Positions 50,690-61,247 of a stretch of 64,000 nucleotides of DNA are shown piece after piece (position 1 is the stretch's first letter; each line of letters starts with the position of its first letter). The translations under genes and the position numbers were made by a program. The DNA comes from an uncultured Jannaschia sp. Lineage in GTDB: Bacteria > Pseudomonadota > Alphaproteobacteria > Rhodobacterales > Rhodobacteraceae. The notes under the pieces were generated by a model. That model was given only the letters and a program-made list of their open reading frames with translations. It had not been told where the DNA came from and did no database searches. The DNA is taken from contig CAZWWR010000004.1 of assembly GCA_964637265.1 (NCBI GenBank), positions 261 to 64,260 on the forward strand, written 5' to 3'.

Positions 50690-51913
50690 ATGAGCAGCCA
50701 GAACCCGGTCTTCATTCCCGGACCGACGAACATGCCCGAGGCGCTGCGGCTCGCCTGTCACCTGCCGACCCTCGACCATCGCTCGCCCGCCTTCGCGGAC
50801 ATCCTCAACCCCTGCCTCGACGGCGTGCGGCGCATCCTGAAGTCGGAAGCGGCGGAAATATTCGTCTTCCCCTCGACCGGCACGGGCGGCTGGGAGGCGG
50901 CGATCTCGAACACGTTGAGCGCGGGCGACCGGGTGCTCGCCGCGCGCAACGGCATGTTCTCGCATCGCTGGATCGACCTCTGCCAGCGGCACGGTCTCGA
51001 CGTGCAGGTGATCGAGGTGCCTTGGGGGGAGGGGCTCCCGGCCGAGGCGATCGAGGCGGCGCTTCGGGAGGACCAGGGGCACCGCATCCGGGCGGTGCTC
51101 GCCACGCACAACGAGACGGCCACGGGGGTGCGCTCCGACATCGGGGCCGTCCGCCGGGCGCTGGACGCCGCCGGCCATCCCGCGCTCCTGCTCGTCGATG
51201 GCGTCAGCTCCATCGCCTCGATGGATTTCCGCTTCGACGCCTGGGGCGTCGACGTGGCGGTGACCGGATCGCAGAAGGGATTCATGCTGCCGGCCGGCCT
51301 CGCCATCGTCGGCGTGAGCGAGAAGGCGCGACACGCCTCCCGGTCGGCGGGGCTTCCGCGGACCTTCTTCGACTTCGACGACATGACCCGGAGCTACGCA
51401 TCGGCCGGATATCCCTACACCCCCGCGGTGGGCCTCATGAACGGCCTCCGCCTGTCCTGCGACATGCTTCTCGACGAGGGCCTCGAGGCCGTGTTCGCCC
51501 GCCACCGCAGGCTCGCGGAGGGCGTGCGCCGTGCCGTGGGCGCGTGGGGCCTCGAACTTTGCGCCGCGACGCCGGAGGTCCGCTCCGACACCGTCTCCGC
51601 GATCCGGACGCCCGAAGGTTTCGACGCGACGCGGATCGTAGAGGTGGCCGCCAGGGACTACGACATGGCCTTCGGGGTCGGTCTCGGAGAGGTCGCCGGC
51701 AAGGTCTTCCGCATCGGCCATCTCGGCATGCTCACCGACGCGATGGTGATCTCGGGCCTCGGCGTCGCCGAGATGGCGATGGCCGACCTCGGCCTCGACA
51801 TCCGCCTGGGCTCGGGCGTCGCCGCGGCGCAGGCCTTCTACCGCCACGGTGCCGGCGACGGGCCGGGTGACCGCCGGCGCGAGGGCGCCGCGGCCGAGCG
51901 GGAGGCCGCCTGA
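50690..51913 (+). CDS. bhcA: Aspartate-glyoxylate aminotransferase BhcA
   Basis: QNPVFIPGPTNMP, STGTGGWE, HNETATGV, GSQKGFML (PLP Lys), YPYTP; first gene of bhcABCD. Confidence 0.92.
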   Translation: MSSQNPVFIPGPTNMPEALRLACHLPTLDHRSPAFADILNPCLDGVRRILKSEAAEIFVFPSTGTGGWEAAISNTLSAGDRVLAARNGMFSHRWIDLCQRHGLDVQVIEVPWGEGLPAEAIEAALREDQGHRIRAVLATHNETATGVRSDIGAVRRALDAAGHPALLLVDGVSSIASMDFRFDAWGVDVAVTGSQKGFMLPAGLAIVGVSEKARHASRSAGLPRTFFDFDDMTRSYASAGYPYTPAVGLMNGLRLSCDMLLDEGLEAVFARHRRLAEGVRRAVGAWGLELCAATPEVRSDTVSAIRTPEGFDATRIVEVAARDYDMAFGVGLGEVAGKVFRIGHLGMLTDAMVISGLGVAEMAMADLGLDIRLGSGVAAAQAFYRHGAGDGPGDRRREGAAAEREAA

Positions 51914-52899
51914 TGCGCGATCTCGACGGCCTAGACCTGCCCGAATTCGAGGACATGCTCGCCGCGCACGACCGCATCCGGCCGCATATCCACCGCACCC
52001 CGATGATGACCTCCCGGATCCTCGACGAGATGTCGGGGGCGCAGCTCTTCTTCAAGTGCGAGAACTTCCAGAAGGCGGGCGCCTTCAAGGTGCGCGGGGC
52101 GACCAACGCGGTGTTCGGCCTGTCCGAGGAGATGGCCTCGCGGGGCGTCGCCACGCACAGTTCCGGCAACCACGCCCTGTCCCTGTCCTACGCGGCCGGA
52201 CGGCGCGGCATCCCCTGCCACGTCGTGATGCCCCGGACGGCCCCGCAGGCGAAGAAGGATGCCGTGCGCGGCTACGGCGGGCAGATCACCGAGTGCGAGC
52301 CGTCCACCACCTCCCGCGAGGAGGTGTTCGCGCGCGTCCACGAGGAGACGGGCGCCGACTTCGTGCATCCCTACAACGATCCGCGCGTGATCGCGGGGCA
52401 GGGGACGTGCTCGCGGGAGATGCTCGAGCAGATGGAGGAGATGGACGAGGATCCGCTCGACACGGTGGTGGCGCCGATCGGCGGCGGCGGCATGATCTCC
52501 GGCTGCTGCCTGACGCTCTCACGCCTCGCGCCCGACATGCGGATCGTCGCGGCGGAGCCCGAGCAGGCGGACGACGCGGCCCGCTCCTTCCGGGCGGGCC
52601 ACATCATCGCCGACGACGCGCCCGACACCATCGCCGACGGGCTGAAGGTTCCGCTCAAGGAGCGGACGTGGCACTTCGTGTCCCACCACGTAAGCGACGT
52701 CCTGACCGCGTCGGAGCAGGAGATCGTGGACGCCATGCGCCTGACCTGGCGGGTGATGAAGATCGTGATGGAGCCGAGCTGCGCGGTCCCGCTCGCCGTG
52801 ATCCTGAAGAACCCCGAGGCCTTCCGCGGGCGCCGGGTGGGGGTGATCGTGACGGGCGGGAACGTGGATCTGGACAAGCTGCCCTGGATGCGGGGCTGA
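51913..52899 (+). CDS. bhcB: beta-Hydroxyaspartate dehydratase BhcB
   Basis: FKCENFQKAGAFKVRGA, HSSGNHA, PIGGGGM, TGGNVD. Confidence 0.92.
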   Translation: MRDLDGLDLPEFEDMLAAHDRIRPHIHRTPMMTSRILDEMSGAQLFFKCENFQKAGAFKVRGATNAVFGLSEEMASRGVATHSSGNHALSLSYAAGRRGIPCHVVMPRTAPQAKKDAVRGYGGQITECEPSTTSREEVFARVHEETGADFVHPYNDPRVIAGQGTCSREMLEQMEEMDEDPLDTVVAPIGGGGMISGCCLTLSRLAPDMRIVAAEPEQADDAARSFRAGHIIADDAPDTIADGLKVPLKERTWHFVSHHVSDVLTASEQEIVDAMRLTWRVMKIVMEPSCAVPLAVILKNPEAFRGRRVGVIVTGGNVDLDKLPWMRG

Positions 52900-52910
52900 G
52901 GGAGGACGAG

Positions 52911-54074
52911 ATGAAGGACGCGACGAGCTACGACGGACTGGAGGTGGGCTTCGACGTGCCCGCGCTGCCCGGGATGCGCGAGGAGGAGATCCAGACGCCT
53001 GCGCTGGTGCTCGACCTCGACGCTCTGGAGCGAAACGTGCGCAAGATGGGCGAGTACGCTCGCGAGCACGGGATGCGCCATCGCGTGCACGGCAAGATGC
53101 ACAAGTCGGTCGACGTGGCCCGGCTTCAGCACGAGCTGGGCGGCGCCTGCGGCGTATGCTGCCAGAAGGTGAGCGAGGCGGAGGTGTTCGCCCGCGGCGG
53201 CATCAAGGACGTCCTTGTGTCGAACCAGGTGCGGGACCCGGCCAAGATCGACCGTCTCGCCCGGATGCCGAAGCTCGGCGCTCGCACGATCGTCTGCGTG
53301 GACGACGAGGCGAACGTGGCGGAGCTGTCCGAGGCCGCGCAGCGGCACGGAACGCAGATCGAATGCCTCGTGGAGATCGACTGCGGTGCCGGGCGCTGCG
53401 GCGTGACGAAGACCGAGGACGTGGTGCGCATCGCCAAGGCCATCGACGCGGCCGAGGGCCTGCGCTTCGCCGGGCTGCAGGCCTATCAGGGCGCCATGCA
53501 GCACCTCGACAGCTACGAGGACCGGAAGGCGAAGATCGCCGTCGCCGTGGACATGGTCCGCGACGCCGTCGAGGGGCTTCGGGCCGAGGGCATCGAATGC
53601 GACATCGTCGGCGGCGGCGGGACGGGGAGCTACTACTTCGAGTCCAACTCCGGCGTGTACAACGAGCTTCAGTGCGGCTCCTACGCTTTCATGGACGCGG
53701 ATTACGGCCGCATCCTCGACAAGGAGGGCAATCGGATCGACCGGGGCGAGTGGGAGAACGCGCTCTTCCTCCTCACCAGCGTGATGAGCCACGCGAAGCC
53801 CGAGAAGGCGATCGTCGACGCCGGGCTGAAGGCCCAGTCGGTGGATTCGGGCTTGCCGGTGATCTACGGGCGCGACGACGTCGAGTACGTGAAGTGCTCC
53901 GACGAGCACGGCGTCGTGGCCGATCCCGACGGGATCCTCGCGGTGGGAGAGAAACTGCGCCTCGTGCCCGGCCATTGCGACCCGACCTGCAACGTCCACG
54001 ACTGGTATGTCGGTGTGCGGAACGGCGTGGTCGAGACGCTATGGCCGGTCTCGGCCCGAGGCAAGGCCTACTAG
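52911..54074 (+). CDS. bhcC: beta-Hydroxyaspartate aldolase BhcC
   Basis: GGAGG RBS; HGKMHK, CCQKVSEAE, GGGGTG, SDEHG, PGHCDPTCN, ARGKAY. Confidence 0.93.
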   Translation: MKDATSYDGLEVGFDVPALPGMREEEIQTPALVLDLDALERNVRKMGEYAREHGMRHRVHGKMHKSVDVARLQHELGGACGVCCQKVSEAEVFARGGIKDVLVSNQVRDPAKIDRLARMPKLGARTIVCVDDEANVAELSEAAQRHGTQIECLVEIDCGAGRCGVTKTEDVVRIAKAIDAAEGLRFAGLQAYQGAMQHLDSYEDRKAKIAVAVDMVRDAVEGLRAEGIECDIVGGGGTGSYYFESNSGVYNELQCGSYAFMDADYGRILDKEGNRIDRGEWENALFLLTSVMSHAKPEKAIVDAGLKAQSVDSGLPVIYGRDDVEYVKCSDEHGVVADPDGILAVGEKLRLVPGHCDPTCNVHDWYVGVRNGVVETLWPVSARGKAY

Positions 54075-54298
54075 GACGTCACGGGGAGGCTCCTACGGCT
54101 TCGAGCGGGCGCGCCCGGCGTGCGCCCGCCGCGCCGGCGTATCTTCCATCGTCCTGACGTTCGGCCCCCCCGGCACCACCTTCGGGGGGATGCCCAGCCT
54201 CCAATCACTCGCCCCGCTAGCGGTGCAGACCGCTTCCGGGGTGCCGCTTCATCATCCCCACGCCCGATTCCTGTCCGCCCGCGCCATCCGGAGGCCCC

Positions 54299-55267
54299 AT
54301 GATCATCGTCCCCGAAGCCCTCATCGCCGATCTCGTCACCCAGGAGGACGCGGTGGCCGCCGTCGAGGCGACCTTCGCCGCCATGGCGGCGGGCGAGGCG
54401 CGCAACTTTCCGGTGGTGCGGGAGGCTCTGCCCGGGGACGAGGAGGCGCTCTACGGCTTCAAGGGTGGGGTCGACGCGTCCGCGGGCGCGCTCGGGCTCA
54501 AGGCCGGAGGCTACTGGCCGCACAACAGCGAGCGGCGCGGCCTCATCAACCACCAGTCCACCGTGTTCCTGTTCGACCCCGAGACGGGGCGGCCCGCCGC
54601 GATGGTCGGCGGCAACCTCCTGACGGCGCTGAGGACCGCCGCCGCCTCGGCGGTGTCGATCCGGCACCTCGCCCGATCCGATGCCCGCGTCCTCGGCATG
54701 GTCGGCGCCGGCCATCAGGCGGCGTTCCAGCTCCGCGCGGCGCTCGCCCAGCGGTCCTTCGAGCGCGTGATCGGCTGGAACAAGCACCCCGAGATGCTGC
54801 CCCGCCTCGCGGAGGTGGCCGGGGAGGCCGGCCTTCCGTTCGAGGCGGTGGAGCTCGAGGGGATGCGCGAAGCGGACGTGATCGTCACCATCACCTCCTC
54901 GCCGAAGGCGTCCCTGCTGGATGCCAACGTGGCCCCGGGCACCCACCTCGCCTGCATGGGCACGGACACCGTGGGCAAGCAGGAGGTCGATCCGGTGCTC
55001 CTCGGCCGGGCCAGCGTGTTCGCCGACGAGGTCGCCCAGTCGGTCACCCTCGGGGAGGCCCAGCACGCGGTGGCGCAGGGGATGCTCGACGAGGCCGACA
55101 TCGTGCCGATCGGCGACGTCGTGCGGGGCGCCCATCCTGGCCGCGCCTCGCCGGAGGAGATCACCCTCTTCGACGGGACGGGCGTCGGCCTCCAGGACCT
55201 CGCCGTCGCCGCCGCCGCCGCCCATCTCGCCCAGGAGAGGGGCGTGGCGATCAACGTGGACGTCTAG
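54299..55267 (+). CDS. bhcD: Iminosuccinate reductase BhcD
   Basis: OCD/mu-crystallin fold: NFPVVRE, GLKAGGYWP, NHQSTV, LTALRTAAA, DGTGVGLQD. Confidence 0.92.
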   Translation: MIIVPEALIADLVTQEDAVAAVEATFAAMAAGEARNFPVVREALPGDEEALYGFKGGVDASAGALGLKAGGYWPHNSERRGLINHQSTVFLFDPETGRPAAMVGGNLLTALRTAAASAVSIRHLARSDARVLGMVGAGHQAAFQLRAALAQRSFERVIGWNKHPEMLPRLAEVAGEAGLPFEAVELEGMREADVIVTITSSPKASLLDANVAPGTHLACMGTDTVGKQEVDPVLLGRASVFADEVAQSVTLGEAQHAVAQGMLDEADIVPIGDVVRGAHPGRASPEEITLFDGTGVGLQDLAVAAAAAHLAQERGVAINVDV

Positions 55268-55959
55268 GGAGTGCGGCTGCATTCTTGGCGTCGCCGGCAT
55301 TCATTTGTCCCATTCGATCGCGCAGGCGGTGAGGGGAGGGAAGTGGAACTGGGAAGGATTCACCCGCTGCGCAGAGCGATACGGCGCCAGCGCTTCAGGC
55401 AGAGGAAGGACGGCTAGAGGGGATTTCGTTCGGCGCGGAAGCGGGTGCCGAACTGCATTCGCCCCGGGCTGCTACGGCAGAGCGCGATCCGCTCCCATTG
55501 CCCTTCCGTAAGCATCTGCCTGCTCTCGATCACCAACCCCAGCGACCGTGGAGCAGAACCTCGAACTCAGCGGAATCGTAATACGCAGACGACGCTTCCG
55601 TCGGTACGATCGCGCACCCGCCCCACATCGGGAATGCGTCGCGGACGCACTAGTTGTCACTGACAAAGTCTGTGTCGGCATAGCAGTCGACTTACACGTC
55701 GCGGTCTGGCCATGCGCGCGGAGCCGCCAGCTCTTGATGTGCTCTGAGTCTTCTTGCGCCATAGGCGGCCGAACCGCTTGTATTCTAGCTCCGGAGGAAA
55801 TGTAGAGTTGTCTCGGCCTTCCGCGGACCGGACCTATCACGGCCGATCGGTCCGCCGACGATGCCGGTGGCCGCTTGGCGCCAGCCAGGCCCGACTGCAC
55901 CGCAAGATTGTCCAACTCACATGCAGTCCCAACGTGTGATTAGCCGCCATCACCCACGC

Positions 55960-56541
55960 CTAACGGCATCTCGCCAGCTGTTTCTCGTAGACCTTCGCGC
56001 GGTTCGCGACCTCTCCCGACACGCGGATCAGCCACGACTTGTTGCGCCATGTCCCGCGGCGATAGCCGGCCCGTCCGTCGTGGTAGGCGAGGTACTGGTT
56101 GCGCGCGTCGCTGAGGGGGATCCCGAGCTGCGAGCGGGTGCCGACCATGTACCAGCCCATGAAGTCGGTCGCGTCCCGGATGCGGTCGCGCTTGGCGCGC
56201 CGGACCCGCTCCTGCTCCAGGTACTCCTTCCAGGTGCCGTCGAGGGCTTGGCTGTAGCCGTATGCCGAGCTCTGCCGGCCGACGGGGATCACGCCGAGCG
56301 AGTAGCGCAGCGGCGTCCGGGCGTCGGAGATGAACTTCGATTCCTGGTAGATCGTGGCCATCTGGACGTGCACCGGCACGCCCCACTTGCGTTCCGCCGC
56401 CTTGAACGCGGCAAGGTAGCCCGGCCGCTCCGCCAGGATGGCGCAGGCGTCGTCGAGGTTCGACGGCGCGCGCCCGCTGCCGCTCCCGCCCCCGCATGCC
56501 GCGAGAACGCAGAGCATGCCGATCTGCACGATGCGCTTCAT
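55960..56541 (-). CDS. Lytic transglycosylase (SLT-like) lipoprotein
   Basis: Lipobox LAAC; IYQESKF, SSAYGYSQALDGTW, YLAYHDG. Confidence 0.88.
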   Translation of the reverse strand: MKRIVQIGMLCVLAACGGGSGSGRAPSNLDDACAILAERPGYLAAFKAAERKWGVPVHVQMATIYQESKFISDARTPLRYSLGVIPVGRQSSAYGYSQALDGTWKEYLEQERVRRAKRDRIRDATDFMGWYMVGTRSQLGIPLSDARNQYLAYHDGRAGYRRGTWRNKSWLIRVSGEVANRAKVYEKQLARCR

Positions 56542-56617
56542 CTGATTATGTCCACTGCCCAGGTTCTTGCGACCTCTGGAGGGGAGCATAGCCCGTGCGC
56601 GTCCGTGGCGCTACCGC

Positions 56618-57511
56618 TCAGAGCAGGACGGCGAGCAGCAGTGGCAGCATCACAACCGACAGTCCGGTCGAGGCCATCACCAAGGCTGCGACAGCCGGCG
56701 GGTCGGCATCGAACCGCTCCGCGAGGAGGTAGGAGGTGACCGCGACCGGCATCGCCATCTGAAGCACCAGCACCCCGAGCGCCGCGCCGTCGAGCCCGAA
56801 CGCCCGCGCGGTCGCCCAGCCGATCGCCGCGCAGACGAGGCCCTTCGCGGCGGCGAGGAGGAGCGCGCGTCCCGCGCCACGGGCGTCGAGCCGCGCCACG
56901 GCGACGCCCAGCGTGAGCAGCATGAGCGGGATCGCCATCTGACCGAGCAGCCCCGTCGCGTCGAGGACGACCGGAGGTACCTCGACCCCGGTCCAGAGCA
57001 CGGCGCCCCCGAGGAGGGCGGCCCAGACCATCGGCTCGCGCAGGGCCCTCCCCGGCCGGCCGCCCCCCGAGAACAGCCACAGCCCGACGGTGAACGTCAG
57101 GAGCGAGGTGACGGCGAAGGTCGCCACCGCATAGTCGAGCCCCGGCTCCCCGAAGGCGAAGAGGGCGAGCGGAAGGCCGAGGTTCCCCGTGTTGCCGAAT
57201 GCCATCGGCGCAACGAAGCTCCGCCGCCCGAGGCCGGCCCGCCCCGCGAGCACCGGCCTGAGTGCCGCGAAGGCGGCCAGGGCTACGCCGTAGGCCACCA
57301 GCGACGCCGCCGCCATACGGCCGATCGCGCCCGGATCGAGCGAGGTCCGCGCCAGCGCGGTGAACACGAGGGCGGGCACCGCGAGGGTCATCGCGATCTC
57401 GGTCACGAAGCGGGTGTCGAAGGCCCGGCCGAGGCGCGCCCAGAGCCATCCCGCGCCAACAAGGGCGAAGACGGGGGCGACGATCCCGAGCACTGTGAGG
57501 GCATGGGCCAA
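56618..57511 (-). CDS. AEC (auxin efflux carrier) family transporter
   Basis: Probable TTG start; VAPVF, GNTGNLGLPL, MPVAVTSYLLA. Confidence 0.88.
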   Translation of the reverse strand: MAHALTVLGIVAPVFALVGAGWLWARLGRAFDTRFVTEIAMTLAVPALVFTALARTSLDPGAIGRMAAASLVAYGVALAAFAALRPVLAGRAGLGRRSFVAPMAFGNTGNLGLPLALFAFGEPGLDYAVATFAVTSLLTFTVGLWLFSGGGRPGRALREPMVWAALLGGAVLWTGVEVPPVVLDATGLLGQMAIPLMLLTLGVAVARLDARGAGRALLLAAAKGLVCAAIGWATARAFGLDGAALGVLVLQMAMPVAVTSYLLAERFDADPPAVAALVMASTGLSVVMLPLLLAVLL

Positions 57512-57686
57512 GGCGCGGTTCCCGGCGATCGCCGCCGTCCCCGATGGACAAGTGGCCGCCCTGCGGTCTAGAAGTCCATCCGGCGGCGCGCAACGGGGCG
57601 CCGCCCCGACCAGGTCCGATGACGCGCCGCAAGACGCGGGGGCCGGCGGGTGGCGACGGACGCGTGCAGACGGGCTGGGGGACGGC

Positions 57687-58013
57687 ATGCTGAAGGGAGA
57701 GGCGAAGTACGGGCTCGGCGAGGTCGTGCGGCACCGGAAGCACCCGTTCCGCGGGGTCATCTTCGACGTCGATCCGGAATTCGCCAACACCGAGGAATGG
57801 TACGACGCCATCCCGCAGGACGCCCGTCCGCGCCGCGACCAGCCGTTCTACCATCTGCTCGCCGAGAACGACGACAGCTACTACGTCGCCTACGTCTCCG
57901 AGCAGAACCTCGTGCCCGACGGCTCCTCCGGCCCGGTCGAGCACCCGGAGGTGGGGAGTCTGTTTGGCCAGTACTCGGATGGACGGTATCCGCTGCATTT
58001 CTGCCTGAACTGA
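57687..58013 (+). CDS. hspQ: Heat shock protein HspQ
   Basis: AKYGLGEVVRH, RGVIFDVDP, QPFYHLLAE, YVSEQNL. Confidence 0.93.
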   Translation: MLKGEAKYGLGEVVRHRKHPFRGVIFDVDPEFANTEEWYDAIPQDARPRRDQPFYHLLAENDDSYYVAYVSEQNLVPDGSSGPVEHPEVGSLFGQYSDGRYPLHFCLN

Positions 58014-58092
58014 ACCCCTCCCGTTAGCCGGGCGGAAACCCACGGCCTGCATCGTCCGGCGGGTTCGGGAATCCGTGGACGGCAGGACGGGC

Positions 58093-60258
58093 ATGGCCAG
58101 CATCCGGCTGGAGAGCATCGAGGAACGCTTCCTGGCGGAGCGCCGCCGCCGCCTCGCGGCCGAGCGGCGTCTCGAGGACGTGAAGGCCGACCTCGGCGCC
58201 GCGCACAGGGAGCTCGCCAACCACGCCGACAAGCTGACCAACCGCGTCATCGAGGAGCGCCGCGCGAACCAGCGCCTCCTCGGCCGGACGGCCGTCGCCC
58301 GGGCGCAGCGCGACGAGGCGTCGGGGAAGGCCGAGCGGGCCCGCCGCCGGCTCTGGCTCGCGCTCGAGGCGATGGGCGACGGTTTCGCCCTGTTCGACGC
58401 CGACCACCGGCTCGTGGCCGCGAACCCCGCCTACCGCGCGATGCTCGACGGCGCCGCCGGTGAGCGGGGCATCACCGCGGCCGACCTCTTCGGTTCGGCG
58501 GCGGAGGAGGGCGTGTTCGACCTCGCCGGCGACGAGCCCGGCGCATGGACGGAGGCGCTCCTCGCGCGCTGGGAGGAGGAGGAGATCCCGCCCTTCACGC
58601 TCAGGCTCTTCGACGGGCGGAGCTTCGAGCTCAACGACAGGCGATCGGCGGACGGGGACATCGTGTCCGCCGCCACCGACATGACGGAGGTCGTCGCGCG
58701 GGAGGCGGCGCTGCGCGAGGCGCGGCACAACGCCGAGGCGACGGCACGCGCCAAGACGCAGTTCCTCGCCCGCATGTCCCACGAGATGCGCACGCCGCTC
58801 AACGGCGTGATCGGCATGGCGGAACTCCTCGGCGAGAGCCGCCTCGACGAGGACGCCCGCGTCTGCGCCGACACGATCCGCAACTCCGCGGGCGCGCTGC
58901 TGGCGATCGTGAACGACGTGCTCGACCTCTCCCGCAGCGAGGCGGGCCGGATGCGCTTCGAGAGCGCGCCCTTCGACCTCGAGGCGCTCCTTCTCGACTG
59001 CCTCCGCCTCGCCTCGGCGGCCGGGCGGGTGGAGACGAAGGGCCTCGACATGGCGCTCGCCTACCCGCTCGACGCCCCCCGGCGGCTCCTCGGCGACGAA
59101 GGGCGCATCCGGCAGGTGATCCTCAACCTCCTCGGCAACGCGGTGAAGTTCACGGACCGGGGGCACGTGGCGTTGCGGGCCGAGATCGTCCCCGAGGCGA
59201 CAGGCGAAGGCGCAGACGGAGAGGAGGCGAACAGCGGAGGGGAGCGCGGCACAGGCCACCGGGTCGTGATCTCCGTCGAGGACACCGGCGTCGGCATTCC
59301 CGAGCGCGACCAGGCGGCGATCTTCGACGAGTTCGTGCAGGTCGAGGATCCGGGCATGGTCAGGCGCGAGGGGACGGGGCTCGGCCTCGCCATCACCCGG
59401 AGCCTCGTGCGCGGCATGGGCGGCGATCTCTCGCTCCGGAGTGCGCCCGGCACGGGCTCCTGCTTCCGCATCGAGATCCCGATGGAGGCGGCGGAGCCGG
59501 CCCCGCCCCTCGCGCTCCCGGCCCGCGTGGCCTTCCCGGCGATGGCCTCGCTCAACGCGACCGTGATCGTCACGGCGCTCGTCCGCTGCGGCGTGGAGGT
59601 CATGCCCGTCCCCTCCGCCGGCGCCGCGCCGGTGATCCTCGCGGTCGACGCGCTCGAGGGGGGCGGCGCGGCCCTCGCCGGGCAGTTGCCGCCGAAGGGG
59701 GCGGCGCCGGTGATCCTCGTGGGCCGCGCCACGGACGCCTCCCCGGCGCTGCGGCAGCGGGCGGACGCCGAGGTGGCCTGGCCCGGCACGGGTTCCGATC
59801 TCGCCGCGACGCTCGCCCGCTACGCCTCGGCGCCCGCCCCGCTCCGGGCGAGCGCGAAGCAGGCACCGGGGGATGGCGCGGAGGTCGAGGTCGGACCCCG
59901 CGTGCTCATGGCCGACGACAACGCGACGAACCGCCTGCTCCTGCGCAAGATGCTCGCCTCCGTCCCGGCCAGCATCGAGATCGTCGAGGACGGGGCGCAG
60001 GCGGTGGACCGCTTCGCCGCCGCGCCCTTCGATGCCGTCTTCCTCGACCTGTCGATGCCGGTCATGGATGGGGAGGAGGCGCTGCGCCGCATCCGCCAGC
60101 TTCCCGGCGGCGCCACCGTCCCGGTCATCGCGATGACGGCGCATGCCACGCCCGAAGCCGCCGGGTGCCGGTCGCAGTTCGACGTCTTCCTGACGAAGCC
60201 GCTCCGCAAGGCGGAGATGGTTCGCCTGATCCTGGAAGCCGGCGAGGCGCGCGCCTGA
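58093..60258 (+). CDS. Cytoplasmic hybrid sensor histidine kinase (coiled coil-PAS-HisKA-HATPase-REC)
   Basis: FLARMSHEMRTPLN, NLLGNAVKFT, DTGVGI, GTGLGL, ADDN..FLDLSMPVMDG; no TM seen. Confidence 0.92.
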   Translation: MASIRLESIEERFLAERRRRLAAERRLEDVKADLGAAHRELANHADKLTNRVIEERRANQRLLGRTAVARAQRDEASGKAERARRRLWLALEAMGDGFALFDADHRLVAANPAYRAMLDGAAGERGITAADLFGSAAEEGVFDLAGDEPGAWTEALLARWEEEEIPPFTLRLFDGRSFELNDRRSADGDIVSAATDMTEVVAREAALREARHNAEATARAKTQFLARMSHEMRTPLNGVIGMAELLGESRLDEDARVCADTIRNSAGALLAIVNDVLDLSRSEAGRMRFESAPFDLEALLLDCLRLASAAGRVETKGLDMALAYPLDAPRRLLGDEGRIRQVILNLLGNAVKFTDRGHVALRAEIVPEATGEGADGEEANSGGERGTGHRVVISVEDTGVGIPERDQAAIFDEFVQVEDPGMVRREGTGLGLAITRSLVRGMGGDLSLRSAPGTGSCFRIEIPMEAAEPAPPLALPARVAFPAMASLNATVIVTALVRCGVEVMPVPSAGAAPVILAVDALEGGGAALAGQLPPKGAAPVILVGRATDASPALRQRADAEVAWPGTGSDLAATLARYASAPAPLRASAKQAPGDGAEVEVGPRVLMADDNATNRLLLRKMLASVPASIEIVEDGAQAVDRFAAAPFDAVFLDLSMPVMDGEEALRRIRQLPGGATVPVIAMTAHATPEAAGCRSQFDVFLTKPLRKAEMVRLILEAGEARA

Positions 60259-60640
60259 CGGCCGCCTTCGGAGATGTGCGCGAGGAGAGTGCGAGCGAGA
60301 CCGAGTGCCGCCGCGCCGTCCTGCACCTCCGAGTGATGCCCATCGCGGAAGGACGGTAGGCATCGACGGCGAGACGGCGTCGGACCTGGGCGCGTCGCCC
60401 GGCGCCACCGGGCTGGGGTCTCGCACCTGCGGCCTTGGCCCCTCCGGCGGAGCGGCCGTCGCGGACCGCCGTCCGTCGGCCACACAGGTCCGGGGATTTG
60501 TGCGGGGCAGGCTTTCCCCCCGCCGGGCCCTTGCGCTACGATTCGACGTCCGACATGGAACGGGCGCGCGCCAACCCGGAACGCCGGGGCCGCCGCCCGA
60601 CCCCGCAGTGGTACCGACAGGCAGACGAGGCAAGCCCGAC

Positions 60641-61177
60641 ATGATCTTCGCAGCCCGCCCGGCCGCGGTGGCCGCCCTGGCCGCTTCGATGGCCCTCGCC
60701 GCGCCCGCACAGGCGCAGGAGGAGAGCACCAACCGCGTCGCCACGGAGACGGACTGGTCCGTCTTCGTCGAGAGCGACCCGACGCAGTGCTGGATCGTGG
60801 CCGCGCCCAAGAGCGTGCGCAACACCCGCGACGGCCGCGAGGTGGCGGCGCGCCGTGGCGACATCCGCATGTATGTCAGCTACTGGCCCAGCGAGGGGAA
60901 GATGGGCGAGGTCTCCGTGACCGGCGGCTATCCCTACCGCGAGAACTCGACCGTGCGCGTCGAGATCGGCGGGAGCGCGTTCGAGCTGTTCACCGAGGGA
61001 GAGCTGGCTTGGTCCGCCTCCCCCGCCGAGGACCAGCGCATCGTCACGGCGATGAAGCGGGGCGCGGAGGCGGTGGTCACCGGGGTGTCCGGCCGCGGAA
61101 CCACAACCACCGACACCTTCAGCCTGCTCGGCTTCACGGCCGCGGTGGAGGACGCGGAGCGCCGCTGCGCCTCCTGA
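60641..61177 (+). CDS. Invasion-associated locus B (IalB) family protein
   Basis: Signal peptide (AQA), [23 protein letters not shown]; upstream of rlmN. Confidence 0.85.
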   Translation: MIFAARPAAVAALAASMALAAPAQAQEESTNRVATETDWSVFVESDPTQCWIVAAPKSVRNTRDGREVAARRGDIRMYVSYWPSEGKMGEVSVTGGYPYRENSTVRVEIGGSAFELFTEGELAWSASPAEDQRIVTAMKRGAEAVVTGVSGRGTTTTDTFSLLGFTAAVEDAERRCAS

Positions 61178-61247
61178 CCGGGCTCCTTTTGCAATTCGCG
61201 GCGGGCGCCTCCATATGAGGCGCCCGCTTCAGTCTTGGGGAACCGCG

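Noticed and set aside
55264-55290. CTAG-GGAGTG as a possible IS5/MITE end
   Set aside because: No matching inverted repeat or transposase fragment found
58024-60870. 948-aa minus-strand ORF and similar long ORFs (14245-16062, 16710-18530, 20872-23139, 46396-48537, 6514-8331)
   Set aside because: Antisense or alternate-frame shadows of real genes; stop codons are rare at this GC content and the translations are Arg/Gly/Pro-rich without motifs
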